DNA of 56,402 nt, the filler included, from Sphacelaria rigidula (taxonomy: Eukaryota), in assembly GCA_964200075.2 (NCBI GenBank). It is 5 parts of 5 records of this genome, joined end to end, with 100 filler letters (N's around TTAATTAATTAA, not from the genome) between each part and the next. Parts side by side here need not be neighbours in the genome. Positions count along the whole stretch, not along the records: positions 1 to 11,202 come from CAXNAA020005245.1; positions 11,303 to 22,503 come from CAXNAA020005246.1; 3 more parts are not named here. One strand, written 5' to 3'. Made by a program: the position numbers and the translations under genes. Below the pieces are notes generated by a model that had not been told where the DNA came from, did no database searches, and saw nothing but the letters and a program-made list of their open reading frames with translations. This document shows positions 1 to 13,797 of the stretch, one piece after another. Position 1 is the stretch's first letter, and each line of letters opens with the position of its first letter.

Positions 1-1379
1 CTTGAACCTCATCTCGGAGTTAAACCTCAATTCGCACAATTTGTTGTTAAAGGTCTGTTGATCTCGAGATCGAGGGTCGCTTCTCTCTACTGCGATTATT
101 GTTCACGGTGGCCAGCCGCTGACCTCGTGTCACCGTCATGGTTCGATACTCACCACCTAGGTAGGAAGGTGTCAGTTCAGTGGACACCGGGGGCTAGCGG
201 GCCTAAACACAATCATTAGTATCAAAGCCACGATTTACCATGTGGGGAGTCAACCCACACACCAATGACCAGGCGCCATGCCCATGGTTCACGCCGGAGA
301 CAAGACCCACATGTTGCGTGCAATGCGGGCTTACATTCCGTGAAGACCAAAGGCTCCTCGGAGATAACAGACCGTGATGGCGTAGATGCTCTTGTAATAT
401 TGGCGTACAGGCTAACTTGTGTTTTTCTAGTTGAGATGCATAGTCCAAAACGCTGTGACACCCGAGGGGAGAGAGATAAAATCTACCACAAAATGTAGTA
501 TGACCCATCAGGTACCAAGCATGACAAAGTATGACACATGGAACCTAGTCGACTGGAAAATGACTAATAAATCTGTAACATCCCCCTGGCCTGGTATGTT
601 TCTTGAGGGTGACACCAGTATGACCTCGTGATCAGAGACGACAGTAGATCCGATCTGTGTTTTTCAAGCACACGGATTCATGTGGACACGAGCTTCCCTC
701 TCAGCCGACTTTTCTCGGTGCGTTTTGGTTACTGCTGACTGACGTCGATGTTGTCTTGGATATAGGTTGACCCAGGACCCTTCAGTCACACATGTTTAAC
801 AACCTTTTCGCCAAATTGATTGTAAATCATTCGATTGCATGAGAGGTTTACAGCCCGTTTCCGGTTATAGAAGAAGTGAAAATGATGCTGGTCCCGCAAG
901 CGGATGTTTAGCGCCTCAGATGTCCTTATATTATTATGGAATTGCCATCATGTTCACTCGAAAAGCTACTGCGTCACCCAGACTATCAAACCTGGCGGTG
1001 AAAGGGTTGACATTTCGAGGAGTCAGTCGTTGGATCTAGGATCCAACACACAAAAAAAAAGCCACCATAACTTTCGTTGGCATTGCGGCGGGTTCATACG
1101 CTACACTCGCATTCAACGTGTTAATAGGAACAAAACAAACAGTTTTCGGAATCCATGATATGATTGATTGATTGATTGATCGATTATCTCACATTAGCTG
1201 ATTGCAACAATCCAGTCCGTGGTCAGGAGCAGCAAAAACAAAATATGTGCGAGGTACAATCAGAAATTACCTTACTGAATCTGCAACTGTGCATGATGAG
1301 AGGAATATTGCGATGAGTGGTATCATCATCCTCTTTTTTTTTCAGTCTTCGTTCAACAAAATGTATCGTTCCGTATCAT

Positions 1380-2640
1380 TGACACCCGTTTAGCTAACGA
1401 CTCCAAATTTGAAGTGTTTGTTCCGCAAAGTCACTCGTATCACCGCTTTGACCACCAGGCAGGGTAGGGGATGTGTCGAATCGGCATCTTGTTGCACTTG
1501 ATATCTCGACGTCTTGGGATTCCATCCAGACAATGGAACACACAAAAGAAACGTCTGATCGCAAGCCTACGGTCAATCAAATGCTAGACATTCGATCTGT
1601 CGAAAATGTTGTTCTATGTAAATCTCAGATACACCGGCACTGCACATGTAATATACTCAAAATGACTGCTACAAAGTCAGCGAGTCACATTTGTCTTGGC
1701 GCCCATGGCCTGCTGAGAGTCCTGACAGTCCCGTGGAGGATGGCGATAACGTAAACGAGGAAGGCCTAGCAGCACATCCGATCTCTGAACCAGACTTCGA
1801 GTATTCCATTTTTTTACCAATAGCATCGCGGCAGGCCAGCGCGTGTTGGGTAGCCAAGGTGGGGTTTCGCCGGAGTCTAGCTGGTGCTATGCAACGTTTA
1901 TAGCGAGCAGGATGGCTGCGCCCTATACGGCTTCGCGACCTACTCGCCTAGCCGTTGTTGAGGCCAGGGGAGAGACATACATGATTTGCAGAGGAGCTAC
2001 TAGTGATGTGCACACATTAGCGGGAGAGGGCACATGCTATGTGCGTGGCAATGGCCCAGCCCAGAACCACTTTATTTACATGTACGCGTTATTTCTTCGC
2101 CGAAACTGCGATTCGATCCTTTTCCCATGCGAGGGAATGTAAAAGGCGCTTTGTTGGCGCATGGTTGTTGAAGGGGTTCATGTTCATCCAAGTTATCCTT
2201 TCGTAATATTGCGCGTGCTGCACAGAATTTTCGAAAACGTTGGACACACCACGTACTTCGTAGCGGCAACATTTACGATGCTTGTGTTGTCGAGGGTAAC
2301 CATCGAACCGTACGAACACTGTCAAACCAAGCCAGTAGTGGGCGCTACACCGTACACTCAGCACGTACAGTCCCCAGTCTCTCCAGTTTTTACTCACCCA
2401 ACATTGCCATCATGCTGCCACAACATCCGATCCACAATAGACACCGATTGTGGCAAATGAACCTCTTCAACGGAAAAAAAAAATGTCACTTGTTGACACA
2501 CAAGATCCAGGGTTGTCACACCAGTACCTTCGACGAACAAATTCTACAAAATGAGCTGCGTGAAACACGAAGAGAGCAGCCTTGACGGTCAGTACATTCG
2601 TCGCTTTGGACATACATGAACCATTTACTTTCGATGACTT
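1380..2640 (-). pseudogene. Possible highly degenerate hAT-type transposase remnant
   Basis: Fragments broken by stops and frameshifts fall in hAT order on the minus strand: YVQSDECTD, AWEKDRIAVS..NNAYM, HVPSPANVCTSLV (degenerate CxxH), PNTRWPAAML (TRW motif), PAWWSKR..LESLAKRV. Confidence 0.35.
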
Positions 2641-2759
2641 GTAGATCCAGGCTCAAATTCTAAACTCACATTCGTAAACGCACACTATGATACTCACTGG
2701 CCACGTTACTTCTTGTCACGGCTTGGGCGGATACATACACTTTAGTAGACTTTGCACAC

Positions 2760-3200
2760 TATATATTGTCTTTCCCTTGTCCAAAACAAGTTCAACCAAC
2801 TAGACCAACCATCCAACCATCCATTCAACCCCAACCAACCAATTAATAAGCGAATCAATGTATATATTATTTTTCTCTTTTCCCTGTCCGAAAAATCGCA
2901 TTCAATCAACCATCCAACCATCCATTCAATCCCAACCAACCAATTAATTAATGAATCAATTGATGCGGTACAAACAAAACAGGAATGAATAATAAAGAAG
3001 AAAGAGAATGAATAGGTAATTATAATAAATAATCCAACAATAATAAAAATATCAATTAATTAATTAAAGACTGAGGATGGATGGTTGGATCGTTGGTTAA
3101 GGATATAAGCCGTTCGGGACCAAAAAATAAAATTTTACCAACCATACAACCATCCATTCAATCCCAACCAACCAATTAGTGAATTAATTAATTAACTTTT
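2760..3200. repeat. Low-complexity repeat of CAACCATCCA(TT)CAA units with one inverted copy
   Basis: Three near copies of caaccatccaaccatccattcaa(t/c)cccaaccaaccaatta, plus ggatggatggttggat in the reverse orientation at about 3075. Confidence 0.55.
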
Positions 3201-3728
3201 CACCCACGATATGTTTTTCAAGATCCAGGGCTTCAAATACACTGCCTCGGCCACAAGGGTCACCGTGCCAACCCGAAGCGCAATACTTCTGACAGGCAAT
3301 CACCTACAGCAAGCATCGTCTGGAACGCATTCCTCACGTCCCCCATACCCTCCACAGTCCACTAAAAGGGGACTGTAGGGGAGGGGGGACTTCGAAGCAG
3401 GAGCAATGCCACGCCAAGTGCCCCCTCATTTACACTACACGCTGTTTGCTACAACCCTATTTCGAATCGGACAATCAGTAACCTCTCGATCCTTCTTACA
3501 CTCAAGCCCGTATTTCGAAATTAGTTCGAGATGTTCGTGTTGTGTAAGCAAAATTTATCCCCGTACTCGAACATGTCGCTGCCAGTACAAAAGCTTGAAG
3601 TTGTCAAAACTGACCCAGCACCCTCCCCGCCCCCCCCGGCGCATGCCGTATGCGAAAACTACTGGCAGGGGATGAGAGCAGTGGCTACGCCTTCGGGGTG
3701 CGACCATGTATTCGGCATGCTGGGCTGC

Positions 3729-6700
3729 TCATCGAACTTCGCGGCGAGCGGCTGCAGTCGTTTTCAGCACGTTTTCACATGCGGTCCACAGCGCACCGGA
3801 TGCCGCTGGCTCATCTTTGGGTAGGGATGGTTTGGCAGGCGCACAACCTGCGTACACGCCAAGTATCTCAGCGGGAATATTCCGGCCAAATGGAAGCCAG
3901 TAGGGTTGGTAGTAGTCGCTACCTGAAAAATAGAGACAACAAATTTCGGCACGCGCGGCTTTAGAGGTGGTGTAAGGAGGCCAGCGGGGATAAGACGTTG
4001 AGTCAGAGAAGGGACTCAGAGGGGAACAGCGAGTGCGACCCTGAACGGACACGGGTGTTTGGACGCATTTATCCAGGCCAGAGGCACGTATCTTGTGGTG
4101 AACGCCGATTCCCGCCATGTAACTGTCTCTGACCAGAGCACGGATCAAATTATCATCACACGAGACAGCCGTGTGGTAAATGCAAATCGCTTCCAGAATA
4201 TCCGTGGGGTGCGCACATGTATGTTGCCCTCAGCTTTGACTTGACTCACCAGACAGGCTCTCAAGAGGCAGGGCAGACGCACAGACAGACGGACGGCAGC
4301 CTTCCTCAATGTTCAAGAAAAACATGCGCATCCAAGCGTCGTATATGGGCATGATGATCGAGGGCGTCGATCTCCAGATATCGCTCCGGACGGCGCCCGG
4401 GTTGACAGCGAACGCGGTGGCGGTTGATCCCGAAGCGGCGAATCTTCTCCGAAGCTCCTGGAGTGGAGGGCGGAAGGGAAGGTGGGGGGGGTAAAGGGAT
4501 TCCAACGGTACGTGGGGGTCATTAAAACTGCCGATGGGTGCAAAGCCCACGCGGTCTTTACATTTTGCGGAGCTTGGCGTGTGCACAGAAGTTGAAGGTA
4601 ACTGGTAAATAATTGAAAATACTGCCACCGCGCGCGGGTGGTCCAATGGACATGGTTCGAGACTTCGCAAGGATGAAAGAGCGCAAGTTTGACCCATGCA
4701 TTGAACAGCGGGGCCCTATCACTACAGCAGATACTACTCTTCAGTACTGCCCTGCCCTCCTCCGAACCACAGCGGAAGCCGGAGGGCGGGATTTCCTGAA
4801 ACTCTGCACAAGTACAACAATTCGAAGGTCGCTACGTGCCGCAGAATAGGTGCCAGCTCGTGTCATGCGAGCCTACAGGTTGCGAACCCCGAAAAATGTG
4901 TTGTCGGATAGCGCTGACGACTCATGTAGGGAGTTTATTCCAAACTACTTGCATCCCCGCCTGTTGTGACAGCTTCAAAGCAAACCGAGAAACACCCATC
5001 ACACCTTTGCGAAAAGCACCATAGCCAACTTGCTGTCAGGATAGGCGTCTCGGTTGATGTACCCCTTGTGCCCCGCCATGGCGCCTTCCCAATGCGTGCC
5101 TCCGAAGTGATGCAACACCGATGCTAGACAAACCACACTGTTGTTCTCGCGATCGATACACCGATGAAAAAAAAAAAAACGCACGACCATCGGACGATCG
5201 CCAGTGCAAAACTCGGATGAGGCCCCCAATAACCGCGAGCTGGATGGAGCGAGGCAGGGACAACTCAGACGGCAGGATATGAAAAATCGGGTAAGCCACG
5301 GCCGAACTCTGGCGAAGAGCACCAGCATCGAGAGATGAATCGCAAAAACAAACAACTCATACAACGTGGCAAACCGTGCTTTTTTGTTGCACTGGTCAAT
5401 CCCTTACCCAGGCTGTCACGGTCAAAACACCACACACGCGGCCATTCGGCTACCCCCGAACATACTCTGTTCCGGTCAACTTTTCTAGCCTCCAGAGAAA
5501 TTAAACGCCTCTAGAGGGTGCGCGGCCCTCGAGAGGGGTGCGATCGAACGCCTCCAGAGGAAAAACAAGCCTCTGGAGCTCCGCGCACCCTCTGAAGGAA
5601 CTTGGAGGATGCGCAGCCCTCCAGAGCACCATCTATTTTGTTACTCTCGAGGGATTCAGACCTCAGAAGTCACTGGAGCATCAGATGCCCTCCAGAGGAT
5701 TCGTTTGATGACCGGAACCGACTATGCAATACCGTCTAGTTAGTATTCTTATCGTCCGGAGGGTCACTTTACCCTCGAGAGGATGAAAATCGCGGTAGAG
5801 TATGTTTATTGGGGTAGCCGAATGGCCGCGTGTGCACACCGTCAGCTCGTCGTGTTGTTTGGGTTTGTGTTTCTGTGCGTGTTTGGTGTGTATGTTGTTG
5901 TTATTACTGTTATTACTGTTGTAGTTGTCGCTGCTTCCTCTCTTCTTTCCTTGATGTGGCTCTTGCTTCCATCTTTGTCTGTTCCTTTCCTTTTTTCTTC
6001 ATCTGCTATTTTTTGTTGTTGCTCCTGACCACGGGCTGGATTGCTGCAATCAGGTTCACGCAAGATGACCAATCGATCAATTTATCAATCAATTAACCTC
6101 GGGTATACGTCCAACACCATCACAGCGCGTGCATCGTACTCTCAAAAAAACACTCGCGAGGCGGTAACGCCTGCAACTTTTACTGGAAAAAGTGAGGCAA
6201 AAGAGGGGAAACATATTTGCAAGTAGTAGCTGGCAAATGCAACGCGGCAAGGCGTGAAAAAAGCAAGCCCAACGACAAACGGCACAGTAAAAGAGGGCAC
6301 AAAAAGAGAAACCTCGTACCACGGTCGCCGCACGGCCCCAATGAAGCAAAAACAGAGCACACACAGAATTTCACAACAACAATAGCAATAAAAGCTTACT
6401 TACCGTGCTTGGGGCGTAGACTCAATCAGAGGCATCAATTCCAAGGAGAGAGCGAAGTGCCCCACAAAGTTGACGCCAAACACCATATCCAGTCCGTCTG
6501 CCGTGGGGACTTTGCTGTAACCAAGGCCAGCTGCGAGACGCGAAAATCGAAAAAAACCCAAAACACGTGAGGAAAAGCGCGAGAGTCCCAACTCTACTAT
6601 GGGGAGAGAGCCCTAAAGGCAATGTTGCTTGAGCTGAGGAACAGGTCGAGAGACTCGTGTTACAGGTGGCTGACTGTGGTAGTCACTGGCGGGATAAGAA

Positions 6701-8195
6701 GGACCAACCTCGACGTTAATGAAATGCTGCTCTGCCGTGAAAACGCACCTCCCCAGGTGAATATATATGCATGGGTGCATCAACAGAAATCGTCTCGAGT
6801 CGCACGCAAGACGGGATCGCTGGTGTGGTTTCGGTGCAAGGGGGATGAATTGTCCAAGGGTCCACACATGGTATTGGCTTCGAAGAAGGATCATTTGGGG
6901 CAACGCTGGGCAATGATGGGGGGCAAGTGGGGGAAGGATGTGCTCAAAAGCAACGGTTAACTTGCTGGATCTCATGTCAAAAGCGGACACGTGTCCAAGT
7001 TTCTCGATCTCGCACTCTGTACATGGCCAGGAGATTTCCTCCGTATGATATCGCCGTGGATAGGACAGTGAAGATCGGGGAAAAGCCACCAAGCACCGGG
7101 CGCAAACCGACGGGCACAAAACTTCTAAACTCACCGTTGTTAACCAGCACATCGAGCCGGGTGTGTTTTGCCTTGAACTCCTTGGCAAACGCCCGCACCG
7201 ACTCCAGATCTGCAAGGTCGAGCTTCATAACCTATTCGAAGAGACAAAAGAAGCATGGGTTGGAAAGATACGGACTGTAAATTATCTACCTTCGCAAATG
7301 CAGCGTTGTGGCGACATAAATGGGTTCAAACGCAAACATTCTTTCGAGCTATATTGGTTCCGTGGCGCAGGCCCCGCCTGATGGAAAAGAAGTGCGGCAT
7401 CCATCACTACCCCGTCTTGAGCGCTATAGCACCCTCTCCCACGCCAGAAGTCTTTACCCGTAACGTCCCCCCCCTGGCTGGTCCTAGAACCCCTGCCGAG
7501 GCCGGGCCGCCATTGTCCGCCGATTCCCTGTTTGCACCGGTTTCGACGCGAGGTGTCGAGAGAAATCGTGTGGTGAGGGCACAACGCAACAAAGAGATTT
7601 GTGGACGCGGTAAACAAGCTCTGTTCGCCGGGTAAGTCTTCCCTGCGCCGCAACGAATCGTCGAAACGAGCACAGCTGGCAGTTGGTGGGGATAGCGGAC
7701 GACCCCGTGCTGCCGTACGCAGCCCAGAGCGCTCCTGCGCAACGTGCAATAGCTCTTGACGCGCCAGATATACAGTATGGTGATGGTACTCATGAGTTGC
7801 GCTGAAGTGCGGTCGCTCGGGGAAGGCAGCTTTCCGCACTACTGTTGAAGCCCGATTGATTCTGCGCATGAGCATGATCAAATAAACCCAAAAAGGCAAA
7901 TCCTCTCAAGGTACGGATATGTGCGGTTATGCCTACACCCTTTAAGCAACCGGCCCTGTTCATAAGGACACCGACCGTAAGGTCTGCTCGGTGCTACAGC
8001 CGCGCTTTCTGGAGTATGACGTTGTAAAAAAAAGATCGCTCGCGTATACCGTGAGAAATATAGTATACTGTAGTACACACTTGATCTCCTTTTCCAGCAG
8101 GGCACGAGTGGCGTCCCCTTTCTCCACAGAGCGACAAGCCATTACGACGGTTGCCCCCATGTTGGCCAAGTGCAGAGCGGTTCGGCAGCCAATGC
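3729..8195 (-). CDS. Short-chain dehydrogenase/reductase, retinol dehydrogenase 12/WWOX-like; multi-exon, 5' end not found
   Basis: Exons 8195-8081, 7527-7458, 7231-7135, 6530-6404, 5137-5005, 4457-4250, 3922-3729, all AG/GT-bounded with matching phases. Spliced protein shows GIGCRTALHLANMGATVVMACRSVEKG, MKLDLADLESVRAFA, LDVLVNNAG, FGVNFVGHFAL, VVCLASVLH, catalytic YPDSK (YxxxK) and AVNPGAVRSDI. The exon supplying the TGxx of TGxxxGIG was not located. Confidence 0.9.
5433..5834. mobile_element. MITE-like element in SDR intron
   Basis: Inverted ends cacacgcggccattcggctacccc..catactct / agagtatg..ggggtagccgaatggccgcgtgtg; interior carries many CCTC(C/T)(A/G)GAG(G) palindromic motifs. Confidence 0.65.
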
Positions 8196-8307
8196 CTACA
8201 GCGAACATAACACATCAAACATTACAAACGAGTAACATGTGTTGAGGGTAAATGCAAGAGAGAAGTTGCACAGTTGGATTGATTTTCATTGATTTGTCGC
8301 ACATGAG

Positions 8308-8410
8308 CCCTCTGACCGCGACGGTAGCACACCTGCTGAATCGGCATCAATTTCACTTGAGAAAAAAATATGTGTGATCCAAATGAACTACCCGAATCGC
8401 GGTCTAAGGG
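8308..8410. mobile_element. ~100-bp piggyBac-like MITE
   Basis: Ends ccctctgaccgcg / cgcggtctaaggg followed by TTAA on the right (left flank is not TTAA). Related right-end copies at about 45348-45417 and 45450-45521. Confidence 0.5.
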
Positions 8411-10209
8411 TTAACTGATCCCCGGGGGATCCAGCTCTGGTCATTATTCACAAGATCAACCTAGTCAAAGTAAACAGAACATAAATATCGGCGGAAAAAA
8501 CAGAACACGAAGAAACGAAGAAAGAGCAAACGGCGGAGTTAACTGAATAGAAAAAAAAGACACACAAAAAACATGAAAAGCATGGAAGGCAAAGAAAGGG
8601 AGAGGAAAGGGAAGGGGAACATTGACAAGAATAGCGGGTCCCGATGAAATAAGGGAAAACAAAATCATTGACGGTACTGACCTATGTTACAAATACCACA
8701 AGTGTTGCAAGCGGTAAGCGGATCCTTCAAGCCCTTGAAACAAAGGCCATCTATTTTGCAACACAGAACTGCCGAGTGACTCGAGGATATAGACGGAGAG
8801 GAGATTTTACGACATCATTCCCCCTCCCCGGCAAGTCCCGGGTAGATCATCGTCGTGGAGTATTGTGGTCATCCTATAAAACAAACTAGTATGCATTACG
8901 GGAATCGTCCCATTCCCCCGTCGCGGAAAACGGCGATTTTGACCTCCCTCTGCCATTGAAAGACTCTGTCAACCTGTTAAGAACTTTCTTTCATATCAGC
9001 ACAGTCTTGACATACGCTCCTCTCTTCGGGCCTTCATTGAGGAGTTTTATTTTTCATTCCTTTCATCCATTTTTATCCATATATATATATATATATATAC
9101 ACCATGAAATGGATGAGCATGGGTGAAATTCGGGAGAAAACAAAGCCCGTCAATATAACGGTCCTTACTCAAGTGTGTCGCTCTTCAGTATCACGATATT
9201 TGAGGGTAGATTACGCATACGGCTGCGTGCAGCTGCCCGGAAACGATGGGATACAATACACATCATTACTAAATCCATAACATCAAACACGTTCTATGCC
9301 CGTTGTTGGCATGAGGTGGATTACCCCTGACACTTGGAACTACGCCCTCCTCAACATCTTAGCCGACATGTGTAGTGGTGTTGCTCACGACTATTTTGAG
9401 GAACTGGTTCATCCCTGCCCTGGTGCGTGTACAGGTGTCCTGGCACAGGAGGTTGGACAGTTGCAACATGCGAGGAATGTTTCGATCGGCGCGACTCAAA
9501 AATCATCACTCAGGGGTCACCCCCCTCCCCCTCCCGTTGGAGGTGTCTCTATTAGGAGTAGGAACGGTGCTCCGTCTCGAAAGGGATGCGTGGTCAATGG
9601 TCACGCACACGACTAAGGCAAGCAACAAATGAGTACGCCCCCCCCTTCCCCCCCCGGGCAGCCCGCTAAAAGAACGGACACACGAAAAATCCTCGGCTTT
9701 GAGCTGCTCACGTACAGGCGATCCTTGGGAGGTGGACGAGCTGTCTACTTGCGTATACTTGCAAGGATGGAGATGCAGGAAGAGTCAGATTTTCCTGCTT
9801 TTTTTTCTTTTTTTTTCTCATTTGACTGGATTTCCGAGAAAAACAATCAATCCCTGCGGCCGCTTCTCATGTAGTCTGGACGTGGGTTTCTTTTCGGAAT
9901 TTCTCCAAAAACCCCATCGGTCTAATTACCTACTTTCTTCGCGTGGCCATGCCGCTAGCCCATAGCCCACATTATTATAGCTCAGAGGTCCCGATATACA
10001 GCGACAAGGGGAGTCAGCTCTCTTACATGACTTACAGGCACGCATACTTGAGCATGGCCTGGCGTAGATCGCGGTCATCACGTTGCTGCCCTCGCTGACG
10101 GGACTTGGATTCCTCAAAACTTCCCCGTCGAGGCACGGACGATGTACAAACTTGACCCGTGTCACCAACTATTGCAACATGGCGGTCAAGGTCCACCCCG
10201 AAGCATGGT

Positions 10210-10510
10210 GAGACACCCATGAGGCAGTGCAGAAGCCATGGTCATTTCTGGAAGTGGTGATACCAGACAATAAAGCAACTCACTGGAGGCTGTCATCCAA
10301 ATGCAGGATAATCAGTAGGCTTCGGGCCGAACAATCATAGCAGCATGCAGCTCACCCTTCATGCGACTCGCCGAACGCACCACGGCGCTTCGCGCTTGGT
10401 GACCGAGTGCGAGCCTGGTCCATTGAAAACCCGGCGTGCTCCGTCCCAGCTTTGTCGGGATGCGAGGTCAATCGTGTTGTGACTATGGCATGATTGAACA
10501 TGAGTACACC
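10210..10510. repeat. Dispersed degenerate repeat family
   Basis: gacacccatgaggcagtg...catgagtacacc is collinear with 38361-38658 and partly with 33904-33935. 11140-11193 also matches 38170-38224 (actcactgcgtaagctaggcaacca). Confidence 0.7.
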
Positions 10511-11202
10511 CATGCCCCTAAGCTTGGTGTGCTGCTCCAGTTGGAGTGTCGCTGCGTCAAGCAAGGGAGGTGGCCCCAATCATCGCGATATATCGGGATT
10601 TGAGGGTGTTACAGAACGAGGATATGGATCATGGCCCATCTGCATGAAAACACAAAAAAATCGGCATAGCGGCCCATGGGATTCTTGATACAAGAATCAT
10701 TCGAGGAAAGAAACCCACGTCCCTGCGAGAAGTGGCCTTATCTTGGGGGGAAAGAAGGTCATTCAATGTCACGGGTTCAAATGGTCGATTCGCACCTCTT
10801 TTGAAACGTTCACGTCTCAACACTCAAACCTCGAGTAAAAAATCCAATATATTCAAGCTTGCAAAGGCTCGGACAGTGCATACGTGATTGTAGGCGTTTC
10901 CCCAATATATGTTACGGGCGTTACTCGCACGACGGCGAGAATTGGGTGTCGAAACAAGCATGACTCTCGTCGGAGTGTCAGCGACGTGCATACCAACATT
11001 CATGACAACCGATCAACAACACAGTCGTGATGGTTATTGTACCAATCCGTTCCCCAGCACCAGCCAGGTGCGGCGAGAACCCGGCGTGCTCCATCCCAGC
11101 TTTGTAGGGGCGGACCCCCGATGGAGTTGGCGTCGATTGGCGATGACGCTATGAAACACGCTACTCACTGCGTAAGCTAGGCAACCAGGTTACCGATTTG
11201 TT

Positions 11203-11302
11203 NNNNNNNNNNNNNNNNNNNNNNNNNNNNNNNNNNNNNNNNNNNNTTAATTAATTAANNNNNNNNNNNNNNNNNNNNNNNNNNNNNNNNNNNNNNNNNN
11301 NN
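11203..11302. other. Artificial contig linker
   Basis: N44 + TTAATTAATTAA (stops in all six frames) + N44. Confidence 0.98.
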
Positions 11303-12681
11303 CCCCCCCTGGATGATGTGCGTGAAAAATCCGGAGCGAAAACGGTCAAAACGGCGTGTTTGGCTATTTTCGCGTTTCTGGCCACTTTTCGTACCTTTCT
11401 TAGGCAAAAAACTAGAAGGTATACTTTTTCTAGGCCATTTCCCTTCATTTTTTCTTTCAGCGGCGGTCCCGTGCGTTACCACGTTGGTCTGCAGGTCACA
11501 CCGATATACTCAAGTCGGGCTGGTTTGGCAAACTTGAAAACTTATGGTGTGACATGCAAATGCCGGATTTACCGCTGGCCCAGCCCGTAGCACTATTTTT
11601 TTGTTCATCTGTGTTATTTTGCGTCCGAAAGGGAGCTATGAGAGTATTGACACTTTGTAATAGCTTCCTATACTGTACGAAAAAATGCTCGGGGACACCT
11701 TCATTATTTTTGGTCGTGGAAATTTTTCTTTTTCTTTTACACATACACTCATCGGCCAGAGTGGTCAACTCTAGTGGAACAATCCGTGTCATGTTCGCAT
11801 TTTCCGGTAGTCGCAGAATTGTTTTGACTGGACTAGCATTTTTGTCCAAGAACAATCGACACGAGTTGATAACTGTCATGGATTTGTACACCTGACCACC
11901 ACTTTATCCTGAACTTGATTGATGTTCATAGTTCTCGGACGAACATACAACTTCGGCTAAATAAACAAGATACAAGCACCTCAATACGTTCATGTGACGT
12001 GTCAGATTTTGCGAGGATGAATGCAAGGCAAAGTGAGGAGGCATCATCCTCCCAGCCATCACTTACGCCCAGAACGGAGAAGAAGGACAAAAAAAACAGC
12101 CGTTCAACATGTTGTGTTTGCCATAATACGCGGTTTAAATGAAACGTGGCGGAAATCGACCCGATGTGTGATGCGCAAGACCGTTGGTGGCACGACCCTC
12201 CGGTTCGGTGCACATGGTGCAGTATCAAGGATTTCGGCGAGAGTGTGGCGAAGAACACCACACGATGTTTTTCGTCGGACCGTTCAGCACAAAAGTGATA
12301 CGGATGATTCCCGGCAGTTGTCTCCTTGCGCGAACGCGATAGCGATGAGGCGCGAGCGTTCGCAGTGCTGCACGGTAAATCGAAAGGTTGACTGGCATAC
12401 GATGGTGACGGTCAGATCAGTCGTCTTGCATTGAAATACTGACTTCATTGACATTATTACGTAGCCTCATGCACCACAGGCGCTGACGGCGTAGCCAGAT
12501 CACCCCCAATACACTCTTGCACCCCACGGTGCACCGCACATGCACGAGCTATCATTGCCATGTACATACATGAGACACGGCTCATGAGTACAGCGTGGAA
12601 AAAACAACCTTGAGTTGTACAGAAACGTTTGCGCAATCTATCTACAGAACAAACGGCCCCAATATTATCCGCGGACTTGAG

Positions 12682-13794
12682 TCAGAACGCGAAGTCTTCC
12701 TCATTGTCGTCGCCCGCTGCCAATGCAGAGTCCTCTCTCTCGGACCCGCTGCATTCTGAATCCGAATCTCCGATCCAGATCCCGGCTGCAGAGTTGGACT
12801 TTTGTCTGACGGGTTTATCTAATCCGCCGTCGCAAAAGTAGCCACCGATGGGATCTTGTCCCGGATGCGCCCCCCCTATCCCCTGCCTCCTGCCGCCGTG
12901 CCAGTAACGCCCCTCACCATCGGTCACACCAACAGGTGCCCCTAGCGTGCTGGTCGCTCCACTTGCCGCGCCCCTTCCGCGTGATGCAGCCGACTCGCCC
13001 CTTGCATGCTTCGCTGTTGGCCGGCCTTTCCCGTTGCGCGATTGCTCGCGTGCGCGGTCATCTACGCCGGCGGTTTCACTGATCGGATCTTGTCCCGAGT
13101 GCGCTCCCCCCCCCCCCACCTCCCCCCCGGCGCCGCGCCGGCGAGGCTCCTCACCATCAGTCGTATTAACAGGTGTCCCCAGTGCGCTGCTTGCTCGAGA
13201 TGCCGCCCGCATTCCACGTGATGTAGTCGACCCAGCCCTCGAATGCTTTGCTGTTAATCGGCTTCTTCCGTTTCGCGATTGGCCACGTGGACCGCTCTGT
13301 CCGTCGCCGGTTTTCTCAGCGGATTTCGCGGCGGCCGCTCGCGACGGGAGCGGGGGTAGGAAGTAGCGACCCTGGCAACCGCAGCTCAGAGTGCAGTGCC
13401 CCAAACACCTGCAACTCCGGCATCTGTGTTTCGACGCCGCCCTTTCCGGGTTGCATGCACATCCGAGTATTTGCACGTTTCCGGATGTGTCGACGTATGT
13501 GTGACTCGACAAGTACACCACAATGTTATCGCGTGACAGCTCCACCCCCGCTGTGCTCGACGATTTTACACCACCCTTGTGGTGAGTCCTCCTCTCAGGT
13601 TCTATGCCCCACCCGCGTTCGTTGAAGTTCACTGGGGGTGTGCTGCGTACGAAGCTTCCCCCACAGTATTGGAACACCGCATCGGACTCACTGACGTGCT
13701 TCTTACAGGCGTCCAAGTCTGGACAGCAGCAGGAACGCTGGTGCCCACGCGCTGTGGTGATACACAAGCGGATCTTGTTCACGTACGACGCCAA
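12682..13794 (-). pseudogene. C-terminal part of Academ protein: P..H..GW motif, Cys-rich (CXC/Cys8-like) finger, duplicated low-complexity tail
   Basis: GCACNPERAASKHRCRSCRCLGHCTLSCGCQGR; in frame with 13798-14583 across one stop codon. Confidence 0.65.
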
Positions 13795-13797
13795 GGC

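Noticed and set aside
7960-8010. Alternative SDR exon KRGCSTEQTLRS
   Set aside because: Weak donor and very short intron; exon 7527-7458 bridges the phases with better splice sites.
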